A DNA stretch of 32,000 nt, taken from Erysipelotrichaceae bacterium. Lineage in GTDB: Bacteria > Bacillota_I > Bacilli_A > Erysipelotrichales > Erysipelotrichaceae. Location: the NCBI GenBank assembly GCA_030604855.1, contig JAUVVC010000002.1, forward strand, positions 180,001 to 212,000, written 5' to 3'. The position numbers were made by a program, and so were the translations under genes. Position 1 is the first letter of the stretch. Each line of letters begins with the position of its first letter. This document shows, piece by piece, positions 9,937 to 17,254 of the stretch. The notes under the pieces are model-generated. The model was not told the origin of the DNA and did not search any database. It was given only the letters and a program-made list of their open reading frames with translations.

Positions 9937-9986
9937 TAAACATGCCATCGTGAACATGAATAAACATTTTTAAACACTCGAAACTT
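9937..9986 (+). repeat. Phased T/G-AAAC-A/T direct repeats upstream of the ssb paralog
   Basis: TAAACATG at 9937, TGAACATG at 9951, TAAACAT at 9961, TAAACAC at 9971, GAAACTT at 9980. Spacings are 14, 10, 10 and 9 nt. CATGTTT at 9922-9928 is the inverted partner of 9938-9944. Confidence 0.5.
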
Positions 9987-10026
9987 GGTCCTGCTTATGA
10001 CATACTCTTCTCACAAGGAGGAATCT

Positions 10027-10347
10027 ATGTTGAATCAAGTGGTATTGGTAGGTAAAGCAGTAGGTGTTCCAAGTTTGAAGGAAACAAGCAATGGCATAAA
10101 GTATGCGGAGTTGATTTTGGAAATTGAACGTAATTTCAAGAATACGCAAGGGGATTATGAAACCGATCAAGTTCAATGCATGTTATGGCGCAACTTGGCG
10201 GAATCGACGATTGAACAGTGTACTGCGGGGGCTTTACTCGGCGTCAAGGGGCGCGTACAGTCCAATAATTACGAAGGTAAAGACAATAACCGTATTTATC
10301 ATTGTGAAGTGATTGCTGAGAAAGTGTCTTTCTTAGGCACACGTTGA
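10027..10347 (+). CDS. ssb: Single-stranded DNA-binding protein paralog, OB-fold only with no C-terminal tail (SsbB-like)
   Basis: AAGGAGG at 10015-10021 sits 5 nt before the ATG at 10027. The ORF-track TTG at 9985 has no RBS. MLNQVVLVGK...LWRNLAE...GVKGRVQSNNYEGKDN...EVIAEKVSFL matches the SSB OB-fold pattern. The protein ends directly after the OB fold. Confidence 0.85.
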   Translation: MLNQVVLVGKAVGVPSLKETSNGIKYAELILEIERNFKNTQGDYETDQVQCMLWRNLAESTIEQCTAGALLGVKGRVQSNNYEGKDNNRIYHCEVIAEKVSFLGTR

Positions 10348-10351
10348 ATTG

Positions 10352-10389
10352 AAATCTTTCAGGCTTGATGAGCTGAAAGATTTTTATTT
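10352..10389 (+). terminator. Intrinsic terminator after the ssb paralog
   Basis: 11-bp stem AAATCTTTCAG/CTGAAAGATTT, followed by a T-rich tract. Confidence 0.8.
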
Positions 10390-10429
10390 GTTTGATTGTT
10401 CCATCGTATCTTTTGTCTATTTTGAATCG

Positions 10430-10438
10430 TGTTATAAT
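10430..10438 (+). promoter_or_regulatory. Extended -10 promoter for thyA-folA
   Basis: TGTTATAAT (TGnTATAAT) lies 20 nt upstream of the thyA ATG at 10458. A weak AAGGG RBS lies between. Confidence 0.5.
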
Positions 10439-10457
10439 GATGGCAAGGGTTAAAATT

Positions 10458-11330
10458 ATGAAACAATATCACGCTTTACTAAATGAAATACTTGAAAAAG
10501 GAACCGATCGTCTCGATCGAACATCAACGGGTACACGCTCGATTTTTGGTTATCAAATGCGCTTTGATTTAGCGGAGGGTTTTCCTTTATTAACGACAAA
10601 AAAGGTACATTTTAAGTCGGTTGTGCATGAATTGCTTTGGTTCATCACGGGGTCTACGAACATTCGACCTTTAGTCTTGAATAATGTACGAATCTGGAAT
10701 GAATGGCCTTATGAACGTTTTTGTAAATCAGAAGATTATCGAAATGAAACTTTGGACGAGTATGTTGAGAAAATTAGGTACGACCAAGATTTTGCCGATC
10801 GGTATGGCAATTTGGGTCCGGTTTATGGTAAGCAATGGCGTAATTTCAACGGGATCGATCAATTGAAACTGTTGATTGAAGGCATACGCAACAATCCATT
10901 CTCCAGACGTCATATCATCAGTGCTTGGAATCCTGCTGAGTTGGAGAATATGGCTTTGCCTCCGTGTCATATGATGATGCAGTTCTATGTATCCTCTGAT
11001 CGAAAACGCTTGTCTTGCCAACTCTATCAGCGCTCAGCGGATGTCTTTCTGGGTGTGCCATTCAATATCGCTTCTTACGCTTTGTTTACGCATCTGATTG
11101 CTCAGGTCTGTGATTTGGAAGCAGGTGAGTTCATCCATACCTTTGGTGATGTGCACATCTACAATGACCACATGGATCAAGTCGCTTTGCAACTGAGCCG
11201 TGAACCATTGCCGTTGGCTCGTTTGCGTTTGAATCCAATGATCAAAGACATAGAGGAATTTAAGTATGAAGACGTCGAATTGTTGGATTATCAATCCCAT
11301 CCAGCCATCAAAGCGAAGGTGAGCGTATGA
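10458..11330 (+). CDS. thyA: Thymidylate synthase (ThyA type)
   Basis: [19 protein letters not shown]-terminus. Catalytic [12 protein letters not shown] and [23 protein letters not shown]. Start moved to the ATG at 10458 because a TGnTATAAT box at 10430-10438 lies inside the longer ORF-track frame. Confidence 0.93.
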   Translation: MKQYHALLNEILEKGTDRLDRTSTGTRSIFGYQMRFDLAEGFPLLTTKKVHFKSVVHELLWFITGSTNIRPLVLNNVRIWNEWPYERFCKSEDYRNETLDEYVEKIRYDQDFADRYGNLGPVYGKQWRNFNGIDQLKLLIEGIRNNPFSRRHIISAWNPAELENMALPPCHMMMQFYVSSDRKRLSCQLYQRSADVFLGVPFNIASYALFTHLIAQVCDLEAGEFIHTFGDVHIYNDHMDQVALQLSREPLPLARLRLNPMIKDIEEFKYEDVELLDYQSHPAIKAKVSV

Positions 11331-11800
11331 TCAGTTGTATCGTAGCAATGGATGAACAGGGGGGGATCGGCTTGAATGGAGGCTTACCTTGGCATATCAA
11401 AGAGGATCTCCAGCACTTCAAAAAAATGACACTTCACCATGCGATCGTAATGGGGAAGAAAACGTTCTTAAGCATCGGGAAAGCACTTCCAAATCGAAGG
11501 AACTATGTTGTGACACACCACCCTGATTACTTTAAAAAAGTGGAAGGCATTCAAGTCATCGAAGATTTAAAATTGTTTCTGGAAACACATGAGCAAAGTG
11601 AAGACTTGATTTATGTCATTGGAGGCGCCAATATCTACGCACAGGCTTTACCCTATGCAAGGTTTCTAGCCATCAGCCACATCAAAGGGGTGTTTACATG
11701 CGATACTTTCTTTCCTCATTTCAACATCGATGACTATACCCTTATCCTAACAGAGCAATTTGAAGCTTTTGACTTCAAATTGTATGAGAGAAAACAATGA
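11327..11800 (+). CDS. folA: Dihydrofolate reductase
   Basis: [45 protein letters not shown] and [12 protein letters not shown] motifs. ATGA overlap with thyA. Confidence 0.92.
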   Translation: MISCIVAMDEQGGIGLNGGLPWHIKEDLQHFKKMTLHHAIVMGKKTFLSIGKALPNRRNYVVTHHPDYFKKVEGIQVIEDLKLFLETHEQSEDLIYVIGGANIYAQALPYARFLAISHIKGVFTCDTFFPHFNIDDYTLILTEQFEAFDFKLYERKQ

Positions 11801-12438
11801 AACACCTTTTTTTGTGGATTAAAATGTTCATCTATTACCCATCATTTTTACTGAGTCTTCTTCATGTTCGTAAGGATGACATTGAGTTGAACCAATATAC
11901 AGCTAAAATCATTTCGACGATTTTACTGCGTTTAGTCAAAGTAAAAGCAGAAATGACGCATAAGAATCACATTCCATTGGAGGATGGTCATGTGTTCATT
12001 GCACGTTACTCCAATGACTATGAAGCGGCTTTGGTTTTGGCTCAGATTCCTGTGGACATCAGCTTCGTTTTTGGCTTGAAAACACGATTGCCATATATGA
12101 AGGCATGGTTCAAACGCATCCAATCCATGTTTGTGGATCTTGCGAGCTATTCATTCGTGTTGCATGATGATCACTTGAACCAAATCCAGAAATCTGCTAA
12201 AAATCTCTTTGTCTTCATCAATGATAAGGAATCGAAGATCAATGATAGTTTCTATCATTATTGTCAGGCACATCAAAAGACCATCATTCCGGTCGTTTTT
12301 GATCAGTCGAAAGACATTATGATTAAAGGCAACACCCATAAGGTCATCATCGATGTGCGGTTACCGCTTCATCATGAAGAGTACCGTGATTATTCCATTG
12401 ACGAACTTAAGCAGGAGCTTCAAACTCGGATGGCATAA
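11797..12438 (+). CDS. Hypothetical protein, PlsC/LPLAT-like acyltransferase fold with degenerate catalytic motifs
   Basis: ATGA overlap with the folA stop. Hydrophobic N-terminal segment. Block order resembles lysophospholipid acyltransferases (FIARYSNDYEAAL, SMFVDL, VFINDKES, TIIPVVF), but H(x)4D and FPEGTR are not conserved. Confidence 0.55.
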   Translation: MKHLFLWIKMFIYYPSFLLSLLHVRKDDIELNQYTAKIISTILLRLVKVKAEMTHKNHIPLEDGHVFIARYSNDYEAALVLAQIPVDISFVFGLKTRLPYMKAWFKRIQSMFVDLASYSFVLHDDHLNQIQKSAKNLFVFINDKESKINDSFYHYCQAHQKTIIPVVFDQSKDIMIKGNTHKVIIDVRLPLHHEEYRDYSIDELKQELQTRMA

Positions 12439-12464
12439 AGCTTTTTTGTATCTTAGCTTTATTT

Positions 12465-12473
12465 TGGTATAAT
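12465..12473 (+). promoter_or_regulatory. Extended -10 promoter for scpA
   Basis: TGGTATAAT, with exactly 9 nt between TATAAT and the scpA ATG. No Shine-Dalgarno. Confidence 0.5.
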
Positions 12474-12482
12474 AAACCAGTC

Positions 12483-13226
12483 ATGCAAAAATTCACCGTC
12501 ACACTCGAACAATTTACTGGACCCTTAGATCTCATGCTTCATCTCATTAAAGAGAAGAAGTTGGATCTTTTTGACTTAGCTATGGATGTGTTGATCGAAC
12601 AATATATTCAGTATCTGAATGCAGTGGATGATAAGTTGGAGATCGCAAGTGAGTATCTATATGAACTTGCGGCACTCTTGGAATACAAGTCAAAGAAGTG
12701 CCTGCCTGTGGATCCAAAACCGTTGGAAGTCAATGATTACGAAGAGGATCCGAAAGATGCCTTGGTACGTCGATTGATTGAATATCAACAATTCAAAGAT
12801 ATTTCACAGTTATTGAATGAACGTTTCTTAGAGCGTCAGAAACAATTAGATAAGCCGATCGAACGACAAATCATACAACTGGCGGATGAAGAAAACATTC
12901 GATTCACGCAAGGGAATCAAAGTGATTTACTGAAAGCGATGCAGAAGTGTTTGGAGCGTTTCAATTATACGCATCCCATGCAAGTTAAGATTACAAAGAC
13001 GGAACTTTCCATTGATGATCGGAGTGATCAATTGATTGCGATGATCATGAACCTGGTTGAGCCGTTCTCATTCGATGACATGATTCAGGATGTGCAGGAT
13101 CGAGGAGTTTTGATTGTGACGTTCTTGGCGATTTTGGAGCTCAATCGTCGGAATCTACTCAGTTTTGCTTTCATGGATCAAGAAGTTCATTTCAGAAGGG
13201 GGGAAGCGTATGGATATAACACTTAA
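12483..13226 (+). CDS. scpA: Segregation and condensation protein A (kleisin)
   Basis: FTGPLDLMLHLIKEKKLDLFDL N-terminus and C-terminal VTFLAILEL winged-helix pattern. Followed by scpB. Confidence 0.9.
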   Translation: MQKFTVTLEQFTGPLDLMLHLIKEKKLDLFDLAMDVLIEQYIQYLNAVDDKLEIASEYLYELAALLEYKSKKCLPVDPKPLEVNDYEEDPKDALVRRLIEYQQFKDISQLLNERFLERQKQLDKPIERQIIQLADEENIRFTQGNQSDLLKAMQKCLERFNYTHPMQVKITKTELSIDDRSDQLIAMIMNLVEPFSFDDMIQDVQDRGVLIVTFLAILELNRRNLLSFAFMDQEVHFRRGEAYGYNT

Positions 13227-13755
13227 AGCCATCATTGAAGGTGTCATCTTTGTCTTTGGTGAAGAAGGCATCAGTCTGTTGCAGTTATCTGAAGCATTGG
13301 ATCTTGGAGAAGATTATATTCGCAACATCCTGGATGAAATGGTGAAGGAATATCAATGTGAGGATCGAGGTTTCGAACTGGTATCCATTCAAGATCGATA
13401 CAAGTTCATATCCAAAGCGGCTGTCCATGATTATGTGCAACGCATCATCACATTGACGAAATCACGTCAACTCTCGCAATCAGCACTTGAGACCTTAGCG
13501 ATCATTGCGTATAAACAACCCATCACACGCATGGAAATTGAAGAGATTCGAGGTGTGGGCTGTGAAATGATGTTGAAGAAACTGCAAGCTCAGGATTTGA
13601 TCCGTGAGGCTGGGCGTTCAGAAAGTGCGGGGCGACCGATATTGTATGAGATTACGGAAGAATTTTTAGATTTGTTCAAATTGATGAGTTTGAACGAATT
13701 ACCAAATCTTCCAAACTATCAAGAGGAAAGCAGCGAACATCAGCTGTTTGAGTAA
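13210..13755 (+). CDS. scpB: Segregation and condensation protein B
   Basis: Start taken at the ATG at 13210 (MDITLKAIIEGVIFVFGEEGISL), overlapping the scpA end. LSQSALETLAIIAYKQPITRMEIEEIRGV ScpB pattern. Confidence 0.88.
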   Translation: MDITLKAIIEGVIFVFGEEGISLLQLSEALDLGEDYIRNILDEMVKEYQCEDRGFELVSIQDRYKFISKAAVHDYVQRIITLTKSRQLSQSALETLAIIAYKQPITRMEIEEIRGVGCEMMLKKLQAQDLIREAGRSESAGRPILYEITEEFLDLFKLMSLNELPNLPNYQEESSEHQLFE

Positions 13756-13759
13756 ATAT

Positions 13760-14491
13760 ATGGAACGATTGCAAAAAGTATTGGCACGCGCTGGAATTGC
13801 TTCTCGTCGTAAGGCGGAGGAGTTGATTCTGGCTGGACGTGTTGAAGTGGATGGAGAAGTGATTACCACGCTCGGTTTTGTAGTGAAAAAGGGTGCGGTT
13901 GTTAAATTTGATGGAAAAAAAGTCGAGGGTGAAAACAAAGTCTATTATCTGCTTCACAAGCCTAAGAAAGTCATCTGTAGTTTGAATGATGAGCATGATC
14001 GACAAACCGTCGTGAGTCTGCTCAATGTATCGGAGCGGATCTTTCCTGTAGGACGTTTGGACTACGATACCAGTGGTGTTCTCTTCTTAACCAATGATGG
14101 TGAGTTTGCGAATGAGATGACGCACCCACGATTTCATTTGTCAAAGCTTTATGAAGTTTCGATTGATGGGGTTTTGACGACCGCTCAAATCAAATTATTG
14201 GAAAAGGGCATCAAACTGGATGATGGGACCGTCACCTTACCTTCGAAGGTCTATGTCACAAAGAAAAACATCGCAAAGCGGACAAGTGAGATGGAATTGA
14301 CGATTCAAGAAGGAAAGAATCGTCAGATTAAGCGTATGATGGAAGCCTTGGGGTATAATGTGACTCGCTTACATCGTTCCAAGCTTGCATTTGTGAATTG
14401 CAAAGATTTGAGACCTGGTGAATATAGACGTTTGAAACCTTTTGAAGTAAAGCAATTGCGTGAGTTGGCGAACAATGGAGTCTTAAAATAA
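13760..14491 (+). CDS. rluB: 23S rRNA pseudouridine synthase, RsuA/RluB family
   Basis: S4 domain MERLQKVLARAGIASRRKAEELILAGRV. Catalytic GRLDYDTSGVLFLTNDGE and EGKNRQIKRM. The ATG at 13760 is 4 nt after the scpB stop. An in-frame TTG at 13748 is an alternative start. Confidence 0.88.
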   Translation: MERLQKVLARAGIASRRKAEELILAGRVEVDGEVITTLGFVVKKGAVVKFDGKKVEGENKVYYLLHKPKKVICSLNDEHDRQTVVSLLNVSERIFPVGRLDYDTSGVLFLTNDGEFANEMTHPRFHLSKLYEVSIDGVLTTAQIKLLEKGIKLDDGTVTLPSKVYVTKKNIAKRTSEMELTIQEGKNRQIKRMMEALGYNVTRLHRSKLAFVNCKDLRPGEYRRLKPFEVKQLRELANNGVLK

Positions 14492-15216
14492 TGCAGCAGT
14501 TTTTTGTGAATTCTCCCTTGATTCTAAATCAAACTTTTTCATTGGATGCAGAACAGGCTCATCAATGCATCAACGTCTTACGCTATCAAAGTGGCCAAGA
14601 AGTGATTTGTGTTGATCCAATTCAAAATCGTGCGCGATGTCGCTTGGAAGTTCAATCAATCAAAGTCTTTGCGACTCCGATTGAACATCTAAAGCAAAAC
14701 AGTGAAATGGAAATCAAGATCACCTTGATTCAAGCCTTGATCCGTAAGGAGCGATGGGAGTTTTTGCTTCAAAAAGCAACGGAATTGGGTGTCCATCGTG
14801 TCGTACCTTTGATCTTACGTCGAAATGTCGTCAAATGGGACAAAGGTGAGAGTCAACATAAACGTGTTCGTTATCAGAAAATAATGCAGGAGGCTTCCGA
14901 ACAAAGTAAACGAAGTCATGTTCCTGAACTTTTGGATGTGATCACCCTTAATGAGATCAAGTCATATCGCTCTGATAATAATCTGGTGTGCTATGAAGAT
15001 GAAAAGGCACGTTTTATCAAAGAGGTATTGAACCCTAAGGAATCCATTACACTTGTATGTGGTCCGGAAGGTGGTTTTGATCCCAGTGAGATCGTTGAAC
15101 TGGAGTCCATGGGCTTTAAGTCCGTTCATTTAGGTACGCGTATACTTAGGGCGGAGACTGCGAGCTTGTATGTCTTGAGCGCGGTCGATTTTATGTTTGA
15201 GGAACATCAACGATGA
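14491..15216 (+). CDS. rsmE: 16S rRNA (uracil1498-N3)-methyltransferase
   Basis: RsmE pattern: QQFFV N-terminus, KRERWEFLLQKATELGV-type block, C-terminal GPEGGF...LGTRILRAETA. Confidence 0.88.
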   Translation: MQQFFVNSPLILNQTFSLDAEQAHQCINVLRYQSGQEVICVDPIQNRARCRLEVQSIKVFATPIEHLKQNSEMEIKITLIQALIRKERWEFLLQKATELGVHRVVPLILRRNVVKWDKGESQHKRVRYQKIMQEASEQSKRSHVPELLDVITLNEIKSYRSDNNLVCYEDEKARFIKEVLNPKESITLVCGPEGGFDPSEIVELESMGFKSVHLGTRILRAETASLYVLSAVDFMFEEHQR

Positions 15217-15989
15217 TTGAAACGATTTTGCTTAAGGCAAATAAAATCGATGTCTATAAAGATCGAAGCACAAAACAGATTCTTGCTCAGATGAAGCAGG
15301 CTTTTGCTTTGTATAAACTGGATGTTAAGTTGAAGACTGAACTCGATTTTTTCAATGCTTTGATCTATCATGAGGCTTTATCGAATAAATTACGAATGGA
15401 AGCGTGTTTTGAGGACGCTAGACGGGACTTATTTGATTATTGGGATAACTTATCCTATCAAGAACGAAATCGCTTGATAGGCCTTAAAAATGATGAATTA
15501 AAGAATGAACTCCGTTATTTCAAGAATGATAAGGGACGATACATCTGGATCGCCTTCTTTGATGAACTCCTCAATGCACTCTATGATAAGGAACTCGCCA
15601 TTTTGGAGCTGCCTCAGTATTTCAAACTGTATCGTAACTTCAAGGAACGAACGATTCCACTTGATCATTATGGATTGGAGCCATTTAAACAAGCTTACAT
15701 CGAGATCACCGTTCTTAAACGGTTTGAAGACAGTGTCATTTTTTATTATGCCAACACCAAGAGCCTCTATCATTTGGATGCGTCGAAGAAGCTGCGACGT
15801 TTTGCATTAAGCAAATCCAACGGAAAGATTGTACCTTTGAAGGAAGAATTAGAAGGAATCACAAAAGCTATTTTGACGGAGGATCGAATTGAGGCCATTA
15901 CGTTACTATTGGATTCAATGCTCATCGATGATAAGACCAAGAAGCAACTAACTCGATTTCAAAAAAAATTAACTAGGAAAAGCAAATGA
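15213..15989 (+). CDS. Hypothetical protein (258 aa, K/E/L-rich, no recognisable motif, basic C-terminal tail)
   Basis: Long ORF with ATGA overlaps at both ends (rsmE stop at 15214-15216, mtaB start at 15986). No transmembrane segment and no motif I can recognise. Confidence 0.6.
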   Translation: MIETILLKANKIDVYKDRSTKQILAQMKQAFALYKLDVKLKTELDFFNALIYHEALSNKLRMEACFEDARRDLFDYWDNLSYQERNRLIGLKNDELKNELRYFKNDKGRYIWIAFFDELLNALYDKELAILELPQYFKLYRNFKERTIPLDHYGLEPFKQAYIEITVLKRFEDSVIFYYANTKSLYHLDASKKLRRFALSKSNGKIVPLKEELEGITKAILTEDRIEAITLLLDSMLIDDKTKKQLTRFQKKLTRKSK

Positions 15990-17254
15990 AGACATTTCTC
16001 ATCCACACCCTCGGATGTAAGGTCAACGCCTACGAGTCCGAATACTATCGTCAACAACTTCTGGATGCAGGCTTCCAAGAAGGTTTACCAAAGGAAAAAA
16101 CAGATGTGGTCATCATCAACACCTGTACGGTCACCAATACCGCAAGTTTCAAAAGCCGCCAGAAAATCGCTCAAGCCAAGCGGACAAATCCCGATGCTTT
16201 CGTAGTTGTTGTGGGCTGTTATGTTCAGACCCATCATGCCTTTTTGAAGGATAAGTTTGACATCGATTTACTCATTGGAGCAAAGGATAAGGATCGATTG
16301 GTGGAGATACTAGAATCAAAACGTGAACACATCGACTTTAATTATCCAAAAACATTCGAAAATCTGCCCATTCAAACGTTCAAACACCAAAAGAAGGCTT
16401 ATGTGAAGATCCAAGATGGATGTAATCAATTCTGTACCTATTGCATCATTCCTTTTGCTCGAGGTCGTGAGCGATCCATGGATATGGATAAGATCATTGA
16501 TCAGATCAAAGCCTTGAATCAACATCAGGAGATCACACTGACAGGGATCCATACGGGACGCTATGGATTGGATATCGGATCGGATCTTGTCGCATTGTTG
16601 AAGCGGATTCTTATTGAAACAGACATACCACGCATCCGGATCTCATCCATTGAAATCACGGAAGTCAGTGATGCGATGATCGAACTCATCCGTAATGAAC
16701 CACGCTTGGCAAGACATCTTCATATTCCTGTTCAAGCCGCGAGTGATACGGTGTTAAATGATATGCATCGTCCGTATTCCTTGTCTGAGTTCAATCACCG
16801 TCTCCAAGTGATCCGTAAACAGATACCGGGCATTCTGATCAGCACGGATTTGATCGTGGGTTTTCCGACGGAGACAAAAGAAGCCTTCGAGGCATCTTTA
16901 GTGTCGTTGGAAGCCATGAAGCTTAGTTTCATGCATGTTTTTCCCTACTCGAAACGGGAAGGGACAAAAGCATCTTTCTATAAAGAAGAATGGAATAATG
17001 AAGTTAAGAAAAACCGTGTCCATCAGGCTCAAGCTTTATCCGATCGCATGCATCGCAATACGATGGAGACTTATGTGGATCAGGTACTTGAGGTCTTACT
17101 CGAAGAGATTCAAGACGAGTTGTGTTTTGGTTATAGTGCGGAATATCTACCAGTACTTGTGAAAGATGGCCAAGATTTGCTAAATCAACGGGTTTTGTGT
17201 AGAGTTATAGGTGTTAAAAATGATCATCTGATTGCGGAGAGAGTAATTTTATGA
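15986..17254 (+). CDS. mtaB: tRNA (N6-threonylcarbamoyladenosine37) methylthiotransferase MtaB (radical SAM MTTase)
   Basis: MTTase N-terminal domain TLGCKVNAYESEY. Radical-SAM cluster CNQFCTYC. Position after rsmE as in the B. subtilis yqeU-yqeV pair. Confidence 0.87.
   Translation: MKTFLIHTLGCKVNAYESEYYRQQLLDAGFQEGLPKEKTDVVIINTCTVTNTASFKSRQKIAQAKRTNPDAFVVVVGCYVQTHHAFLKDKFDIDLLIGAKDKDRLVEILESKREHIDFNYPKTFENLPIQTFKHQKKAYVKIQDGCNQFCTYCIIPFARGRERSMDMDKIIDQIKALNQHQEITLTGIHTGRYGLDIGSDLVALLKRILIETDIPRIRISSIEITEVSDAMIELIRNEPRLARHLHIPVQAASDTVLNDMHRPYSLSEFNHRLQVIRKQIPGILISTDLIVGFPTETKEAFEASLVSLEAMKLSFMHVFPYSKREGTKASFYKEEWNNEVKKNRVHQAQALSDRMHRNTMETYVDQVLEVLLEEIQDELCFGYSAEYLPVLVKDGQDLLNQRVLCRVIGVKNDHLIAERVIL

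Noticed and set aside
9922-9944. The inverted repeat CATGTTT-N9-AAACATG as the terminator of the M16 peptidase operon.
   Set aside because: The 7-bp stem is AT-rich with a 9-nt loop and no downstream U-tract, so it is not a credible intrinsic terminator. I kept it only as part of the upstream repeat observation.
9985-10026. N-terminal extensions suggested by the ORF track for ssb (9985), thyA (10392), scpB (13165), phoP (20593), phoR (21239), pstC (23580) and recO (30748).
   Set aside because: The upstream starts are TTG or lack an RBS, or they run through a terminator or promoter of the preceding unit. Downstream ATG or GTG codons have proper Shine-Dalgarno spacing and give canonical family N-termini.
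12435-12465. The hairpin ATAAAGCT-N12-AGCTTTAT after the 11797-12438 ORF as a terminator.
   Set aside because: It is an all-A/T-dominated 8-bp stem with a 12-nt loop and only three following T residues. It is probably too weak, so read-through into scpA cannot be excluded.
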